From the IMG/VR virus record IMGVR_UViG_3300030095_002703: a stretch of DNA of 64,000 bases; one strand, written 5' to 3'. The translations under genes and the position numbers were made by a program. Shown here piece by piece: positions 15,713 through 26,368 of this stretch. A model generated the notes under the pieces. The model did no database searches, was not told the origin of the DNA, and was given only the letters and a program-made list of their open reading frames with translations. The first letter of the stretch is position 1. Each line of letters starts with the position of its first letter. The stretch comes from an uncultured virus (IMG/VR IMGVR_UViG_3300030095_002703). Its lineage: Duplodnaviria; Heunggongvirae; Uroviricota; Caudoviricetes.

Positions 15713-18700
15713 CAGACTTGTCCCATCAAACTTCCGATACCCATAAGTTCACGGTCTTCGGGAAATAAAGCTGCAAACCTAGCCCGATCAACCTGTCCAC
15801 CCCCAGCGGGTGCAATTGAACCTTGTTCAAAACGACCGGGGTTATTAAACTGCGGCTGCGGTTGCGGTTGTGGCTGTGGGGCAGGCGGAATAGGGGGCCC
15901 ACTAGGATTGACCGGAACAGTTTGATTGGGTGCCTGAGTTGCAGGCGCAGTCTGGTCAACCGTAGCAGGCGTATTCTTCCCAGCGTCGGTGGGAACGACT
16001 TGGGGAGGAATTTCTTGTCCTTTCACATCACCCTCAAAGGAAAATGTTTCTTGTATTGCTTCACCGCCGACACGTCTTGCCGGGTCTAAACCGTAAGCTT
16101 TTGCGAATGAAGAACCTATTTGACGCAGTAATGTTTCTTTTCCACGTTGGCTTCTGTCCTTTGCCAACACTTGTCTGAGCAAATTTTCGTTTTCTAAAAC
16201 GATTTGTACACGATTAGCTTGCAGTGATTGTGGCAATTCGGCTAAATACTTGTTGGCTAATTGTTCACCAAAACGGGCACCACGTCCGGCTGCGATAAGA
16301 TCACCGGTTCCGCCACCACCAAACATTTGACGTAACTGCGTACCACCAACAGAACCACCCATGGCGGCAAGAATTTTAACACCTTCCCCAATGTCTTTGA
16401 AAAACTCGTCGGTCTGTCCGGGCTTGGCCTTTGTAGTAAATAGCTCGATTTTAGACATTTGTTGCAAGAAATTTTTAGTGTCTTCCAACGTATCTTTGTC
16501 TAACAACTTGTTTGAAAGCATCCAGTCGGCTACGGCTACATCGTTACCATTAGGATGAGGTGCAAACAACCGATTGTAAGCTTCAATAGGACTAAACCGC
16601 TTTCCGTTTGAGGCAACCTCAAAAATAGAATCGTACATAGCTTTACGCATACCATCGCGCAATTCAGCTTGAGTCCACGTTTGACCGTAGTTTTGGCTAT
16701 CTCTAGCAATTACAGTAAAACCATCCTCGCCTACATCATCAATCATCCGCATGTATTTGTTAAGGATGGCAAAAGGTCTAGTCTGCTTATTAGATACGGC
16801 TAACGAAATAACCGTTGCTGCATTAGAAGTTTTGTCTGGCAGCAATTCGTACAAACCAATACCTGCTCGTTCAGAAGCAAGATCAGCAGCGTTTTGTGAC
16901 TTAGTTTGTTTAAGAAGGTACTCTGCTTTTCTAACGTCTTGTAAATCTTCCGCCACACCGGGGAACATCTGCATTAAGCGTTTGTTATCTTCTTGGTTCA
17001 TCCAATTGGACAAGCCTGTGGTGTTTAAGCTTCCATCTGGATTAAGGGCGTCTGCTCTCAAGCTACGTAAAAGCACCTCTTCGGCATCCCGAAGATTGGT
17101 CGCGGTATTCATTGCATCAACTATGCGAGTGTTTAAGCCGGGAACAGACTCAATAAGGTCTTTATTTGCTCCATACCACTGTCGCATTTTTGGAAGGTCA
17201 ATGGTGTCAGTAGCAGGATCAATCGCGTCGTTAAACTGCGCCAATAGAGTTTGACCTGTTTCGGCAAACTCTGGTCCTACCTCTGAAGCAAGGATGTTGG
17301 TTAACGATTGTTGCGCCCCAAACTGAGCAACACTGTCTAACTGCGCAGCACGTAAATAGGCCCCGTCGCCTTTCATCATACGAGAGCGAATTTGATCAAT
17401 AGGTATTTTGGGAGCGCCGTTTTTCTGAGTTCCTAAAACTTCCCCGGCGTAAGCACGGGTAAATACGTCGTTAAACGCACGTGAATAGCTGCGGGCCGTG
17501 TCATACGCTTGGTTAACACCCATACCAAAACTGTTTAAGTCCGCCAAAAGGGCATCGGCTACAGCCCATGCAAAACGTGCTTCATCATCTTTGTTATCCG
17601 CAGATAATCTTTTACCCATAGCCAACGCACGGCTTCTGATTCGGAACAGTTCGTTTGCGTTCAAGCCGATAATTTCTGCCGGTTTAAACTCTTGCTGTTT
17701 GATATCCAGACCTAAGTCGTTGGTTTTACGATCTACAAACTCTTTTAAAAATCGTAGCTCGTCATTTTTTAAAATAGCTTTTTGTACTTCTGGCGGCTCC
17801 TCGTCAATCATCCGCGAAAAAGTAGAAATAAAGTTTGGTATGTCGCTCTCGTTGCCGTTGGCGTCAATAAATCGTGTTACTTCTACGTTGCTTGGAATCT
17901 TTTTCCAAAGCGCACTTTCTTCAGCACGAGCCGCATCGTATTGCGAGTCTAAAGTATCAAAAATAGTTTTGGCGTTATCGCGATCAATACCTTTGCCACC
18001 ACGTACTTTTGTCATTGCAGACATTGCGCGGTCGGTAGCTGCCGCTACTTTAGAATCCAACACCCCTTGAAACAAACCAGTTTGAATGATTGCGGCATCT
18101 TGCAGCGCGGTTTCCGATCCGTCGGCGTAAAGTGCCAACAAACCTCTTCGAAGCGCATCAATACCGGACCTCATACGCGCTTGCGCGTCATTACCGTAAG
18201 CCTGTGGGTTGGCACCAATAAACTGGTTTTGTAGCGACAACAAAGTAACACTTGCAGCCTTGGTGGCTGGGTCAAGTTCTATTTGTCGCCCTGATTCATC
18301 TACCAAAAACTTGTCAAACTTAGGATCGTTTAAAGCAGCAATAATGGCTTCAGGGTTTTCACCGTTCTTTTCAAGCTGGTCAATAATAAAGTTACCAACG
18401 TCATCTAACTCACTTTCGGAGATGTTGTACTGACGCATCAATTCGCTTTTATTACTACCCGTCAAACGGCCCCAAAGGTTTTTAACACCTGTTTCCGCAA
18501 AGTTGTACAACATAGGAACCCTGTTCGCTGCGAGGTCCGCAGCAAACGCGCCGGTCACACTAGTGAGAGCTTCAGCGCCAAAACGAATATAAGGATTGTC
18601 GGGTGCAATACGCTCCGCTTCTCTCGCCCCACCAGTTGTTGCAGCTAATGCACCTCCTTCTACGATACCTGTGGTCACAGCGCCTCTAGTGGTCGTTGGT

Positions 18701-19533
18701 CGTAAACCGCTTATTGCTTTTTCAACACCTGCGACTGCTTTTGCAGAAGATGGCACACGGTTTTGGCCCTGCATAATCGGGCCAATAAATTTTTGCGCGT
18801 TGTTAACGACTAGTTGTCCGCCTATATCAATACCTTCACGTCCAATGGACCACGGTGTCAGAACAAAAGGCAACGTATCTACAAAAGTTTTACCGGCTTC
18901 GTAATTAGCTTTTGTGCCCGGAACAATAATAGGCTCTTCGCCCATCAATACATCTGTGGCTTCTTTACCTAAAAAAGACGTGCCCAAACCGGTCACAATA
19001 CCGCTTACCAGCGGACCGCCAAGACGTAAAATAGCCGTGGGCGGCGTTACGGGAGGGACGCCCGCCAGAGCAATGTTGCCGCCTTTCATACCGGCATAAA
19101 AACCACCGGCAAACCCTAAAGAGGGTAGTGCCTGTCTTTTCATACCTTCAAAAAAAGACGGGTCGGCTACAATAGGTTCGCCTTTATCGTCTTGTGCAAA
19201 AAGCTCAATAATCTGTGCGTCGGTAACCGATTTACCTTCTAAACCAAGTTCAGCAAGAATAGGCGCATTGCCTGTTCTCAGCGAGTTGTAGTCCATTCGA
19301 TCTTTCATATAAGGGTCAAAACGAAGGGTATCTACCAAAGTAGAGGCAAATCCTTGAATGCCGTTAGCAAACTGCGCGTCAGGCTTTTTAGACTCTGCCT
19401 CAAAAGTCTGATAAAGATCGGCAAACTCTTGCTTGCTGAAGGACATCTTGAACGGACCCGTAGTTATAGGGTTCGCGTTTTCGTCAACAACGATCTCTTC
19501 TTTTTCTTCTACGATGATGGGTTCATCGGCCAT
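15712..19533 (-). CDS. Large internal virion/ejection protein
   Basis: 1273 aa, helical, with hydrophobic Gly-rich segments and Pro/Gln tail; position in late operon. Confidence 0.6.
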   Translation of the reverse strand: MADEPIIVEEKEEIVVDENANPITTGPFKMSFSKQEFADLYQTFEAESKKPDAQFANGIQGFASTLVDTLRFDPYMKDRMDYNSLRTGNAPILAELGLEGKSVTDAQIIELFAQDDKGEPIVADPSFFEGMKRQALPSLGFAGGFYAGMKGGNIALAGVPPVTPPTAILRLGGPLVSGIVTGLGTSFLGKEATDVLMGEEPIIVPGTKANYEAGKTFVDTLPFVLTPWSIGREGIDIGGQLVVNNAQKFIGPIMQGQNRVPSSAKAVAGVEKAISGLRPTTTRGAVTTGIVEGGALAATTGGAREAERIAPDNPYIRFGAEALTSVTGAFAADLAANRVPMLYNFAETGVKNLWGRLTGSNKSELMRQYNISESELDDVGNFIIDQLEKNGENPEAIIAALNDPKFDKFLVDESGRQIELDPATKAASVTLLSLQNQFIGANPQAYGNDAQARMRSGIDALRRGLLALYADGSETALQDAAIIQTGLFQGVLDSKVAAATDRAMSAMTKVRGGKGIDRDNAKTIFDTLDSQYDAARAEESALWKKIPSNVEVTRFIDANGNESDIPNFISTFSRMIDEEPPEVQKAILKNDELRFLKEFVDRKTNDLGLDIKQQEFKPAEIIGLNANELFRIRSRALAMGKRLSADNKDDEARFAWAVADALLADLNSFGMGVNQAYDTARSYSRAFNDVFTRAYAGEVLGTQKNGAPKIPIDQIRSRMMKGDGAYLRAAQLDSVAQFGAQQSLTNILASEVGPEFAETGQTLLAQFNDAIDPATDTIDLPKMRQWYGANKDLIESVPGLNTRIVDAMNTATNLRDAEEVLLRSLRADALNPDGSLNTTGLSNWMNQEDNKRLMQMFPGVAEDLQDVRKAEYLLKQTKSQNAADLASERAGIGLYELLPDKTSNAATVISLAVSNKQTRPFAILNKYMRMIDDVGEDGFTVIARDSQNYGQTWTQAELRDGMRKAMYDSIFEVASNGKRFSPIEAYNRLFAPHPNGNDVAVADWMLSNKLLDKDTLEDTKNFLQQMSKIELFTTKAKPGQTDEFFKDIGEGVKILAAMGGSVGGTQLRQMFGGGGTGDLIAAGRGARFGEQLANKYLAELPQSLQANRVQIVLENENLLRQVLAKDRSQRGKETLLRQIGSSFAKAYGLDPARRVGGEAIQETFSFEGDVKGQEIPPQVVPTDAGKNTPATVDQTAPATQAPNQTVPVNPSGPPIPPAPQPQPQPQPQFNNPGRFEQGSIAPAGGGQVDRARFAALFPEDRELMGIGSLMGQV

Positions 19534-22301
19534 TAATTATTACCTCCGGAATTCATCCGCAGTTTTGACTTCATCAAGTCTTGAGCGCCGGTTATATCAA
19601 TCGGACTAGCCGTATTAACCATCGCGGACACCGGACCCAAAAGGTTCTTCAGACGTGCAATCTCGCCAAGTTTCTGTTCGGCAATAGAAAGCTGTGCAGA
19701 ATCTACCGGAGACTCCGAAGCCCTCATCTGTTGTAACCTAATTTCTTCTGCGTCAAGCGCCTTCATCAAGCTTACAATCTTGTTAGCTTCTGTTACCGGG
19801 TTTCCAAAGAAGTTATCGGGGTTCGGGAAAAGTGTTCCAGTAACCTCAAGGTCAGCAATCGCCAAACGTGGGTTAGACGCAAGGGCAGATCGACCCAGCA
19901 CGTAAACCAACTTGGCAAATTGTCTTCCTTCCTCTGTTTCTTTAAACATTGCAGAGAAAGTTTCTGGTGCAATAACGCCACCGATAGTCGCGTTGACGCC
20001 CGCGCGAATCGAGGACCATGGGCCGGTGCCGTTGCGGATTTGTTGAAGAACATCCGTAACCAGCGCCTTATCTTCTTTAGTAATTTCTGGAATAGGCGCA
20101 CCGCCCTCCACCTTACCAAAGTATTGGCTTTTGTTAAGCGTGTTATCGTTTTCGTTAAGAAACTTTTTAGCGTCAGAGCGAACTTTCTCACGACGATAAA
20201 CGTCGTAAGCGATAGTGTCACTGAGTCCAAATGCGTCAGACGGTACAAGTCGGGGCCTACCGTCTGATCCAATGTATGTTTTACCGCCGTCGTAAGACAT
20301 GCGAACGGAAGCGCCGCCTCCGGGCGTATCACCCGGCACAAGAAACGCAGACATACGAGTGCTTTCTGTGCCAATACGTTGCATGGCCGCCGCACCCGGC
20401 ATTGCTTCGTTAATCTCATTAACTTTCGCAACTGTAGCCTGCCCTTCTTTCGTAGAAACATCCACGATTGAAGAAATTTGTATGTTTGGATCATCCGGGC
20501 TTGGCATCGTAATCTTGAAGAAATCAGGATCACCAGCGATGTCGTCTGAGAAAATGCTTACGCCCTTACCTTCTGGGTCGTTCACATCGAACCGAAGAAT
20601 ATCAATGGTTCTGCCATTGTCTATTTTTTCGAATCTGTACTCTGGTTCAATACCCAACAGTCTTTGTCGAGATACTTCCGGCAACGTAAGGTACTCGTTT
20701 TTACCCATTCCAAACTTGTTGAAATACATGGTTTCAGTAATCACCGGCAAGCCTTGCAAGAACCGCTGGTCTTCTTTTGGAAGCGCCTCAAACTGCTCTT
20801 TGGTCATTTTGTACGTTGTTAAATAATCTTTGTCCGTGATAGGCGCTTGATATTCGACAATTATGTCATTTCCGTAAGATTCTATGATCTGTTGCTGTTG
20901 GACCTGACTTAAAAACGGTGATGAACCTGCGGGATACGTTTTGTCCCCGACAGTTATGTCCGCAGTTAAGGTAAATTGTTTACGGTCCGTGATTGCACTA
21001 GCCGGTACATCTCCCGCTGCGGGCGCTCCCGCAGCTACAAGCTGGTTATAACGCGGAGTTCCCGGCACAGCAGACACGATACCGTCACCATATAAGAAGT
21101 TTTCCGCTTTTCCTGCGGCGGTTGGCGCAAAGATTTTTGCAACAGTGACATTAGCCATGCCATGTTTTTCAACGAGGCCCTCGTACTGCCCTTGTGTCAA
21201 CGGTCTTTGAGTTTCCGTCTTGCTACCGTCTTTGTTCGTAATTGTCACCGTAAGCGTTTCGCTGACCGGTTTATCTTGACGCGTCAATTCAGCAGATCGT
21301 TCTGCGCCGTATAGCGAACTTGCACTCTGAAGTGCGCCTAATCGCAATTGACGATCAGCGTCTTTTTGAGACATTTGGAATTTGTTTAGCTCACCGGCCC
21401 GTGCGCCAATATTACCTAATACTGGTTGGAAAGCCGTAGCAAGTTGTTCTGCGGGCGTAGCTCCGGGTCTTCCGGCACCTCCTGCAAAACCCAACGCGCC
21501 CTGTGCAATATCAAACAAGATGCCTGATTTGGTCATGTTACGTTGTTGTTCTAAATCGGCAGCACGTTGCGCAGGGTCGTCAATCTGACTAAACATTGCG
21601 AGTTGTTGGTCATACAACGTTTGCATTTTAGGATCGGCAGCGCCGCCCAAGTTCATATACTGAACCGCACCGCCTTGGTTAAAATTTACAGGAGCAGGCC
21701 CTCCTTGAGCCTGTTCCGGACCGCCCATATTGACGGTGGACATTATACCTTCTGCCATGGCCCCTTCTACTGGGGCGTTCATTTCTTCAGCAGCTAAACC
21801 GCCGATACCTTGATCGACTGCTGCAAGCTGCATGATAGGCTGAACTAAAGTAAGCACTGATTCTGGGGTAGCTTGAGCATCTTCTGGTCCTACCACCGAA
21901 GCTAATTCTTGGTAGCGTTGCTCAATCGGGGCATCATCACCTCTAATACCGTTAATTACTGTTTCGTAATCTTCAGCATTTTCTAAATCTTCTAAACCAG
22001 CCGAATATTCGGTCAACATGCCTTCTAGCATTGCGGGGTCAATGCCTTGTTGCATAGCGCCTTGTGCAGCTTGATTTATATCAACTGAATTAGGGTCAAT
22101 TGGGGGTAAACCGGGAGGGGTCATTTGTGGACCGGGAGCCGCGGGTGCTGGCATAGGAGCCATACCGCCGTCCTGCATGGGTAAAACCCCACGCCCCATC
22201 AAAATGTCTTTTTGCGTCACATTACCGTCACCGCTAAGATCGGGAAACGCCGCACCTCCTTTGGCAAACATCTGTCTGCCCATAACTTCTCTATTCATCA
22301 T
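19533..22301 (-). CDS. Internal virion/ejection protein
   Basis: 922 aa; several [FMY]xxGG motifs; DLSGDGNVTQKD loop. Confidence 0.6.
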   Translation of the reverse strand: MMNREVMGRQMFAKGGAAFPDLSGDGNVTQKDILMGRGVLPMQDGGMAPMPAPAAPGPQMTPPGLPPIDPNSVDINQAAQGAMQQGIDPAMLEGMLTEYSAGLEDLENAEDYETVINGIRGDDAPIEQRYQELASVVGPEDAQATPESVLTLVQPIMQLAAVDQGIGGLAAEEMNAPVEGAMAEGIMSTVNMGGPEQAQGGPAPVNFNQGGAVQYMNLGGAADPKMQTLYDQQLAMFSQIDDPAQRAADLEQQRNMTKSGILFDIAQGALGFAGGAGRPGATPAEQLATAFQPVLGNIGARAGELNKFQMSQKDADRQLRLGALQSASSLYGAERSAELTRQDKPVSETLTVTITNKDGSKTETQRPLTQGQYEGLVEKHGMANVTVAKIFAPTAAGKAENFLYGDGIVSAVPGTPRYNQLVAAGAPAAGDVPASAITDRKQFTLTADITVGDKTYPAGSSPFLSQVQQQQIIESYGNDIIVEYQAPITDKDYLTTYKMTKEQFEALPKEDQRFLQGLPVITETMYFNKFGMGKNEYLTLPEVSRQRLLGIEPEYRFEKIDNGRTIDILRFDVNDPEGKGVSIFSDDIAGDPDFFKITMPSPDDPNIQISSIVDVSTKEGQATVAKVNEINEAMPGAAAMQRIGTESTRMSAFLVPGDTPGGGASVRMSYDGGKTYIGSDGRPRLVPSDAFGLSDTIAYDVYRREKVRSDAKKFLNENDNTLNKSQYFGKVEGGAPIPEITKEDKALVTDVLQQIRNGTGPWSSIRAGVNATIGGVIAPETFSAMFKETEEGRQFAKLVYVLGRSALASNPRLAIADLEVTGTLFPNPDNFFGNPVTEANKIVSLMKALDAEEIRLQQMRASESPVDSAQLSIAEQKLGEIARLKNLLGPVSAMVNTASPIDITGAQDLMKSKLRMNSGGNN

Positions 22302-25300
22302 TAAAATAACCCCGCTGATTTAGCGCCTGCCGCTGCCGACAAGCCTGCTACACCCAAGCCCAAGATTGATTGGGCTGGTGATACGCTTCCGCCAGATGTT
22401 TGTGATATGGCCATCTGACTAGACGGCGCACCTTTGTAAATGTCAGATAAGAAAGCAACACGCTGATAAGGCTCATATTGTTGCTCCACCTGCGTTTTAC
22501 GTTCTGCTTCCAGAACCGCCTGATCTTGTGCCTGTTGTTGTTTACCAACATCGAACAAGAATCCGGCTTCTCTCTGACCCAATTGTTGTTGCAATTCGCC
22601 AAGTGCGCCTTGACGTAGACCCAGTTGGCTAAGTCCTTCAGCTTGCTGTAAATTAAGCTGACCGTATTGCGTACCAAGTCCACCAAGACCTTCTCCCAAC
22701 CGGCCTTGTAGCTCTGATCCTTGTAAACCAAGAGCGCCACCTTGTTGAGAACCTTGCATAGCCATTTGAGCCTGATTTTGACCAAGCTGTCCAGACTGAC
22801 TTGCAAGTTGTCCAGCAAGTTGTTCTGCTGAGATACCCAATTGTGCGGCTCTGTTGGCAATATCTGCCTGCTGGTTTACGCCTTGTAACGCTAAAGCGCC
22901 TGTTTGCTGGTTCATCTGACCCGCCAACTGCGCGGCACTTAGGCCCGTTTGTGATGCAAGCTGCTGTAAATTCATACCGGTCGTTGCCAACGCTTGAGCG
23001 TTTGCAGAAGCCATTTGCTCTGCGTTCATACCTAGCTGACCCGCTTGCTGTAATGCCGCAAGACCCATTTGACCGCCTTGCTGTGCGCTTGACTGTGCTA
23101 ATTGTGCTGCATTTAAGCCCATTTGAGCGCCTTGTTGCGCTCCAGATTGACCTAGTTGCGCTGCCTGCATTCCAAGTTGAGCGCCCTGTTGCGCGGCGGA
23201 TAATCCAGATTGCGTAATAAGCTGTTCAGCCGACAGTCCTGTCTGAGCTTGCTGATTAATTAATTGTCCAGCAAGCTGTTCAGCGGATATGCCCATCTGT
23301 GCAGCTTGTCCGGCTAATTGGCCTTGTAGCTGAGACGCGCTCATGCCCAACTGGCCCGCAAGCTGTTCTGCTGCGATACCTGTTTGAGCCTGCTGTTGTG
23401 CAGTGGATGCTGCTAATTGCTCTGCCGATAGACCAAGCTGACCGGCTTGCTGGGCTGTTTGTGCCAGTAACTGGTTAGCAGATATGCCGGTTTGAGCAGA
23501 TTGATTGAGTAACTGTCCTGCAAGCTGTTCAGTAGAAAGACCAAGCTGTGCCGCTTGTCCCGCCAACTGACCTTGTAACTGTTGTGCGGAGATACCGGCT
23601 TGTGTAGCCAGTTGCTCTGCATTAATGCCCATTGCTCCAGCTTGCTGCGCAGCCTGTGAAACAAGCTGTTGTGCAGAAAGCCCTGTTTGAGCCTGCTGAT
23701 TAATCAACTGACCGGCTAACTGCTCTGTAGAAATACCCATTTGAGCAGCCTGACCCGCAAGTTGTCCTTGCAATTGAGCAGAAGACATACCAAGTTGACC
23801 GGCTAATTGCTCGGCAGATTGACCTAACTGGCCTGATTGAGCTAAATTCGATGCGGCTAATTGCTCTGCTGACAGAGCTTGCTGACCTGCACTTAAAGCG
23901 CCTTGTTGAGCCATCTGTTCGGCAGATAAACCTAATTGACCTGCTTGTGCTAAATTTGATGCGGCTAATTGTTCCGCACTCATACCAAGCTGACCAGCAG
24001 CTTGTGAAGCAGAAAGTCCTAACTGACCTCCTTGTAAAGCACCTTGTTGAGCCAATTGTTCTGCGTTCATACCTGTCTGAGCAGCTAATTGTTCCGCTGA
24101 CAGGCCTAATTGTCCTTGTTGTTGAGCAGTACGTGCGGCTAATTCTTCAGCAGATAAACCAAGTTGTCCGGCTGCTTGTGCCGCCGACATACCCGCCTGT
24201 GACCCTTGAGCCCCCAAAGCACCTGTAAGCTGCGCTGCTTGTTGCGCACGTGCTTGTTGTGATTCAAATGCCTGTTGCGCTCTTTGCGCTGCACTTTCAA
24301 AGCCTTGCTGACGCATACCTGCGGCTGTACGACCTTGTTGCTCTAATATGTTTCTTTGTAATTCTTGTTCCGCTACCGCTTGACGTGATCCACCAAATGC
24401 TCCTGATCCAACTGCTTGTGCGGCTACGCCCTGTTGTTGAATATCGCCTGCACGTTGTATATCAGCTAAAGCCTGCTGTACTGCGGCGTCTTCGTATTGA
24501 TTCATAAATGAACCAGCGGAAGCAGGATCAAATCCTCCTGTTGTACCCGCTAATCCAGCAATACCTTGTTGTGCTGTTTGTGTTCCTAACGCTCCAGCTT
24601 GCTGTAAAGCTTGTGCAGCATCGGATGTGATTCCCCTAGCGCCGGAAATTGCGGCTTGAGTCTGTTGAGCAGCTTGCTGCGCTGCTGTTTGTCCACCCGT
24701 TCTAGCTTGGCCTGCAACATTTCTAGCTGCTTGCGCAATATCGTCAACTCCGCCAATAGCTCTTTCATAAGCACCTAATCCACCGGCGGCTGCATCTTGA
24801 GCCGCGGTCCGTGCTGCTCCGCTAACACCACCTAAACCTTGAGCCGTTTGTTGGGCCGCAAGTCTAGCGGCATCCGTAGCACTGGCTACACCAGCACCTG
24901 TTTGTTGAGCGGCTGCTCTTGCAGCATCACTAACGCCACTTAAATCTTGAGCAGTTCCAGCGGCACCTAATCTTGCACCTAATCCAGCTTGAGACGCTGC
25001 ATCTGCACCAGCCAATCCGGCTGCTGCTAAAGCTTGTTGTCCACCTGCGGCTTGCGCTCTAGCAGCGTCAATTGCTCCAGTAGTGGCGAGTCCAGATTGT
25101 GCGGCAATTTGTTCTGCGCTCAGTCCTGCTCGTGCAAGCTGTTCGGCAGCAGTGGTTGCTGTTCCACGTAACCCTTGTGCGCCAGTAGCGGCTAAATCCG
25201 CCGCAGTTTGTCCCGCAGCACGTAAATCTTCTCCCGTAGTTGCGGCTCTGGCCGCATCAATTACACCCGCAGTTTGACCTTGTAAGCTTTGCGCAGCGTC

Positions 25301-26368
25301 TAATGCGCCAATTCCTGCTTGTGTTAAACCTTGTCCAGCGCCTTGTACGGCACCTCTTGCAGCTTGAATTGCAGCCGCAGTATCTGTTCCGGCCTGTTGA
25401 GCCGCGGTCCGCGCTCCGGTGCCCGCCTCAGTAGCAAAACCTTGCCCCAATCCGGCAGCCGTGCCTAAATCAGTTTGTCCTGTAAGAGCTTGTTGTCTAG
25501 CGTTAGCCGCTACCGCTTCTAAATCCTGACCGCTTCGTTGAGCAAGGGCCCTAGCATTTAAAGCTTCTTGAGCGGCAGCATCAAGCCCTGTTTGTCCGGC
25601 AGTAGCCGTTTGTTGTCCGGCTAAAGTGGCCGCATCAAGCCCTGTTTGTCCGGCGGTTGCGGCTTGTTGCGCGGCTAAAGCCGCTGCATCTAAACCTGCT
25701 TGTGTAGTACCCGCTTGATCTCTCCCGGCTTGTCCAAGAGTAGAAGCCAAGTCTCGTGAAGCAGCATCTGCCGTTGCTAATTGTTCTCCTAAAGTATCTA
25801 CCCTTCCGGTTGCAGCAGCATCGGCAGCCGCTTTTGCAGCTAATTGATTAGCCGCCGCTGTACCCGTGGTTACGTCATCAATGACACCCGGTATGCTTGC
25901 GCTCGCGTCTCCTAGTGCGTCTTGTCCGGCTGCCGCGGCAGTTCTAGCACCCGTTGCAGCAGTATCTAATGCGCCTTGGGCCGCGCCTGTTGACGCAGCG
26001 CCCGCATCAATTGCGCTTTGTATACCGGTTTGAGCCGCTGAAACCTGTCCGGGTATATTATCCAAACCGGCTTGCATAGCATCGGCAGCCCGCTGTTGAA
26101 AGGGTAAAGCTCCTTCCATCGTAGCGCCAAAAGCTTGTTGAGCATCACCTAGTGTATAACCAGCTTCTTGTAAGTAAGGTTGGTATCCGCCAATTCCAGC
26201 TTCTGCTAATTCAGTAGCCTTAATCTGTAGACCAGACATTTCCGCGACCATATAGGGCGGAATTGTTTGTCCTTGGTCAGCAAGAGCTTTAGCAGATTGT
26301 AAAAGGCCTAGTTTATAAGCCTCTATTTCCGGAGCTTCGCGGACGATTTGTGTGGATTGTTCAGCCAT
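22301..26368 (-). CDS. Ala/Gln/Gly-rich coiled-coil DNA-pilot/ejection protein
   Basis: 1355 aa; GLSAEQLA repeats at 11- and 18-residue spacing; GSGAFGGSRQ motif; hydrophobic C-terminus. Confidence 0.65.
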   Translation of the reverse strand: MAEQSTQIVREAPEIEAYKLGLLQSAKALADQGQTIPPYMVAEMSGLQIKATELAEAGIGGYQPYLQEAGYTLGDAQQAFGATMEGALPFQQRAADAMQAGLDNIPGQVSAAQTGIQSAIDAGAASTGAAQGALDTAATGARTAAAAGQDALGDASASIPGVIDDVTTGTAAANQLAAKAAADAAATGRVDTLGEQLATADAASRDLASTLGQAGRDQAGTTQAGLDAAALAAQQAATAGQTGLDAATLAGQQTATAGQTGLDAAAQEALNARALAQRSGQDLEAVAANARQQALTGQTDLGTAAGLGQGFATEAGTGARTAAQQAGTDTAAAIQAARGAVQGAGQGLTQAGIGALDAAQSLQGQTAGVIDAARAATTGEDLRAAGQTAADLAATGAQGLRGTATTAAEQLARAGLSAEQIAAQSGLATTGAIDAARAQAAGGQQALAAAGLAGADAASQAGLGARLGAAGTAQDLSGVSDAARAAAQQTGAGVASATDAARLAAQQTAQGLGGVSGAARTAAQDAAAGGLGAYERAIGGVDDIAQAARNVAGQARTGGQTAAQQAAQQTQAAISGARGITSDAAQALQQAGALGTQTAQQGIAGLAGTTGGFDPASAGSFMNQYEDAAVQQALADIQRAGDIQQQGVAAQAVGSGAFGGSRQAVAEQELQRNILEQQGRTAAGMRQQGFESAAQRAQQAFESQQARAQQAAQLTGALGAQGSQAGMSAAQAAGQLGLSAEELAARTAQQQGQLGLSAEQLAAQTGMNAEQLAQQGALQGGQLGLSASQAAGQLGMSAEQLAASNLAQAGQLGLSAEQMAQQGALSAGQQALSAEQLAASNLAQSGQLGQSAEQLAGQLGMSSAQLQGQLAGQAAQMGISTEQLAGQLINQQAQTGLSAQQLVSQAAQQAGAMGINAEQLATQAGISAQQLQGQLAGQAAQLGLSTEQLAGQLLNQSAQTGISANQLLAQTAQQAGQLGLSAEQLAASTAQQQAQTGIAAEQLAGQLGMSASQLQGQLAGQAAQMGISAEQLAGQLINQQAQTGLSAEQLITQSGLSAAQQGAQLGMQAAQLGQSGAQQGAQMGLNAAQLAQSSAQQGGQMGLAALQQAGQLGMNAEQMASANAQALATTGMNLQQLASQTGLSAAQLAGQMNQQTGALALQGVNQQADIANRAAQLGISAEQLAGQLASQSGQLGQNQAQMAMQGSQQGGALGLQGSELQGRLGEGLGGLGTQYGQLNLQQAEGLSQLGLRQGALGELQQQLGQREAGFLFDVGKQQQAQDQAVLEAERKTQVEQQYEPYQRVAFLSDIYKGAPSSQMAISQTSGGSVSPAQSILGLGVAGLSAAAGAKSAGLF

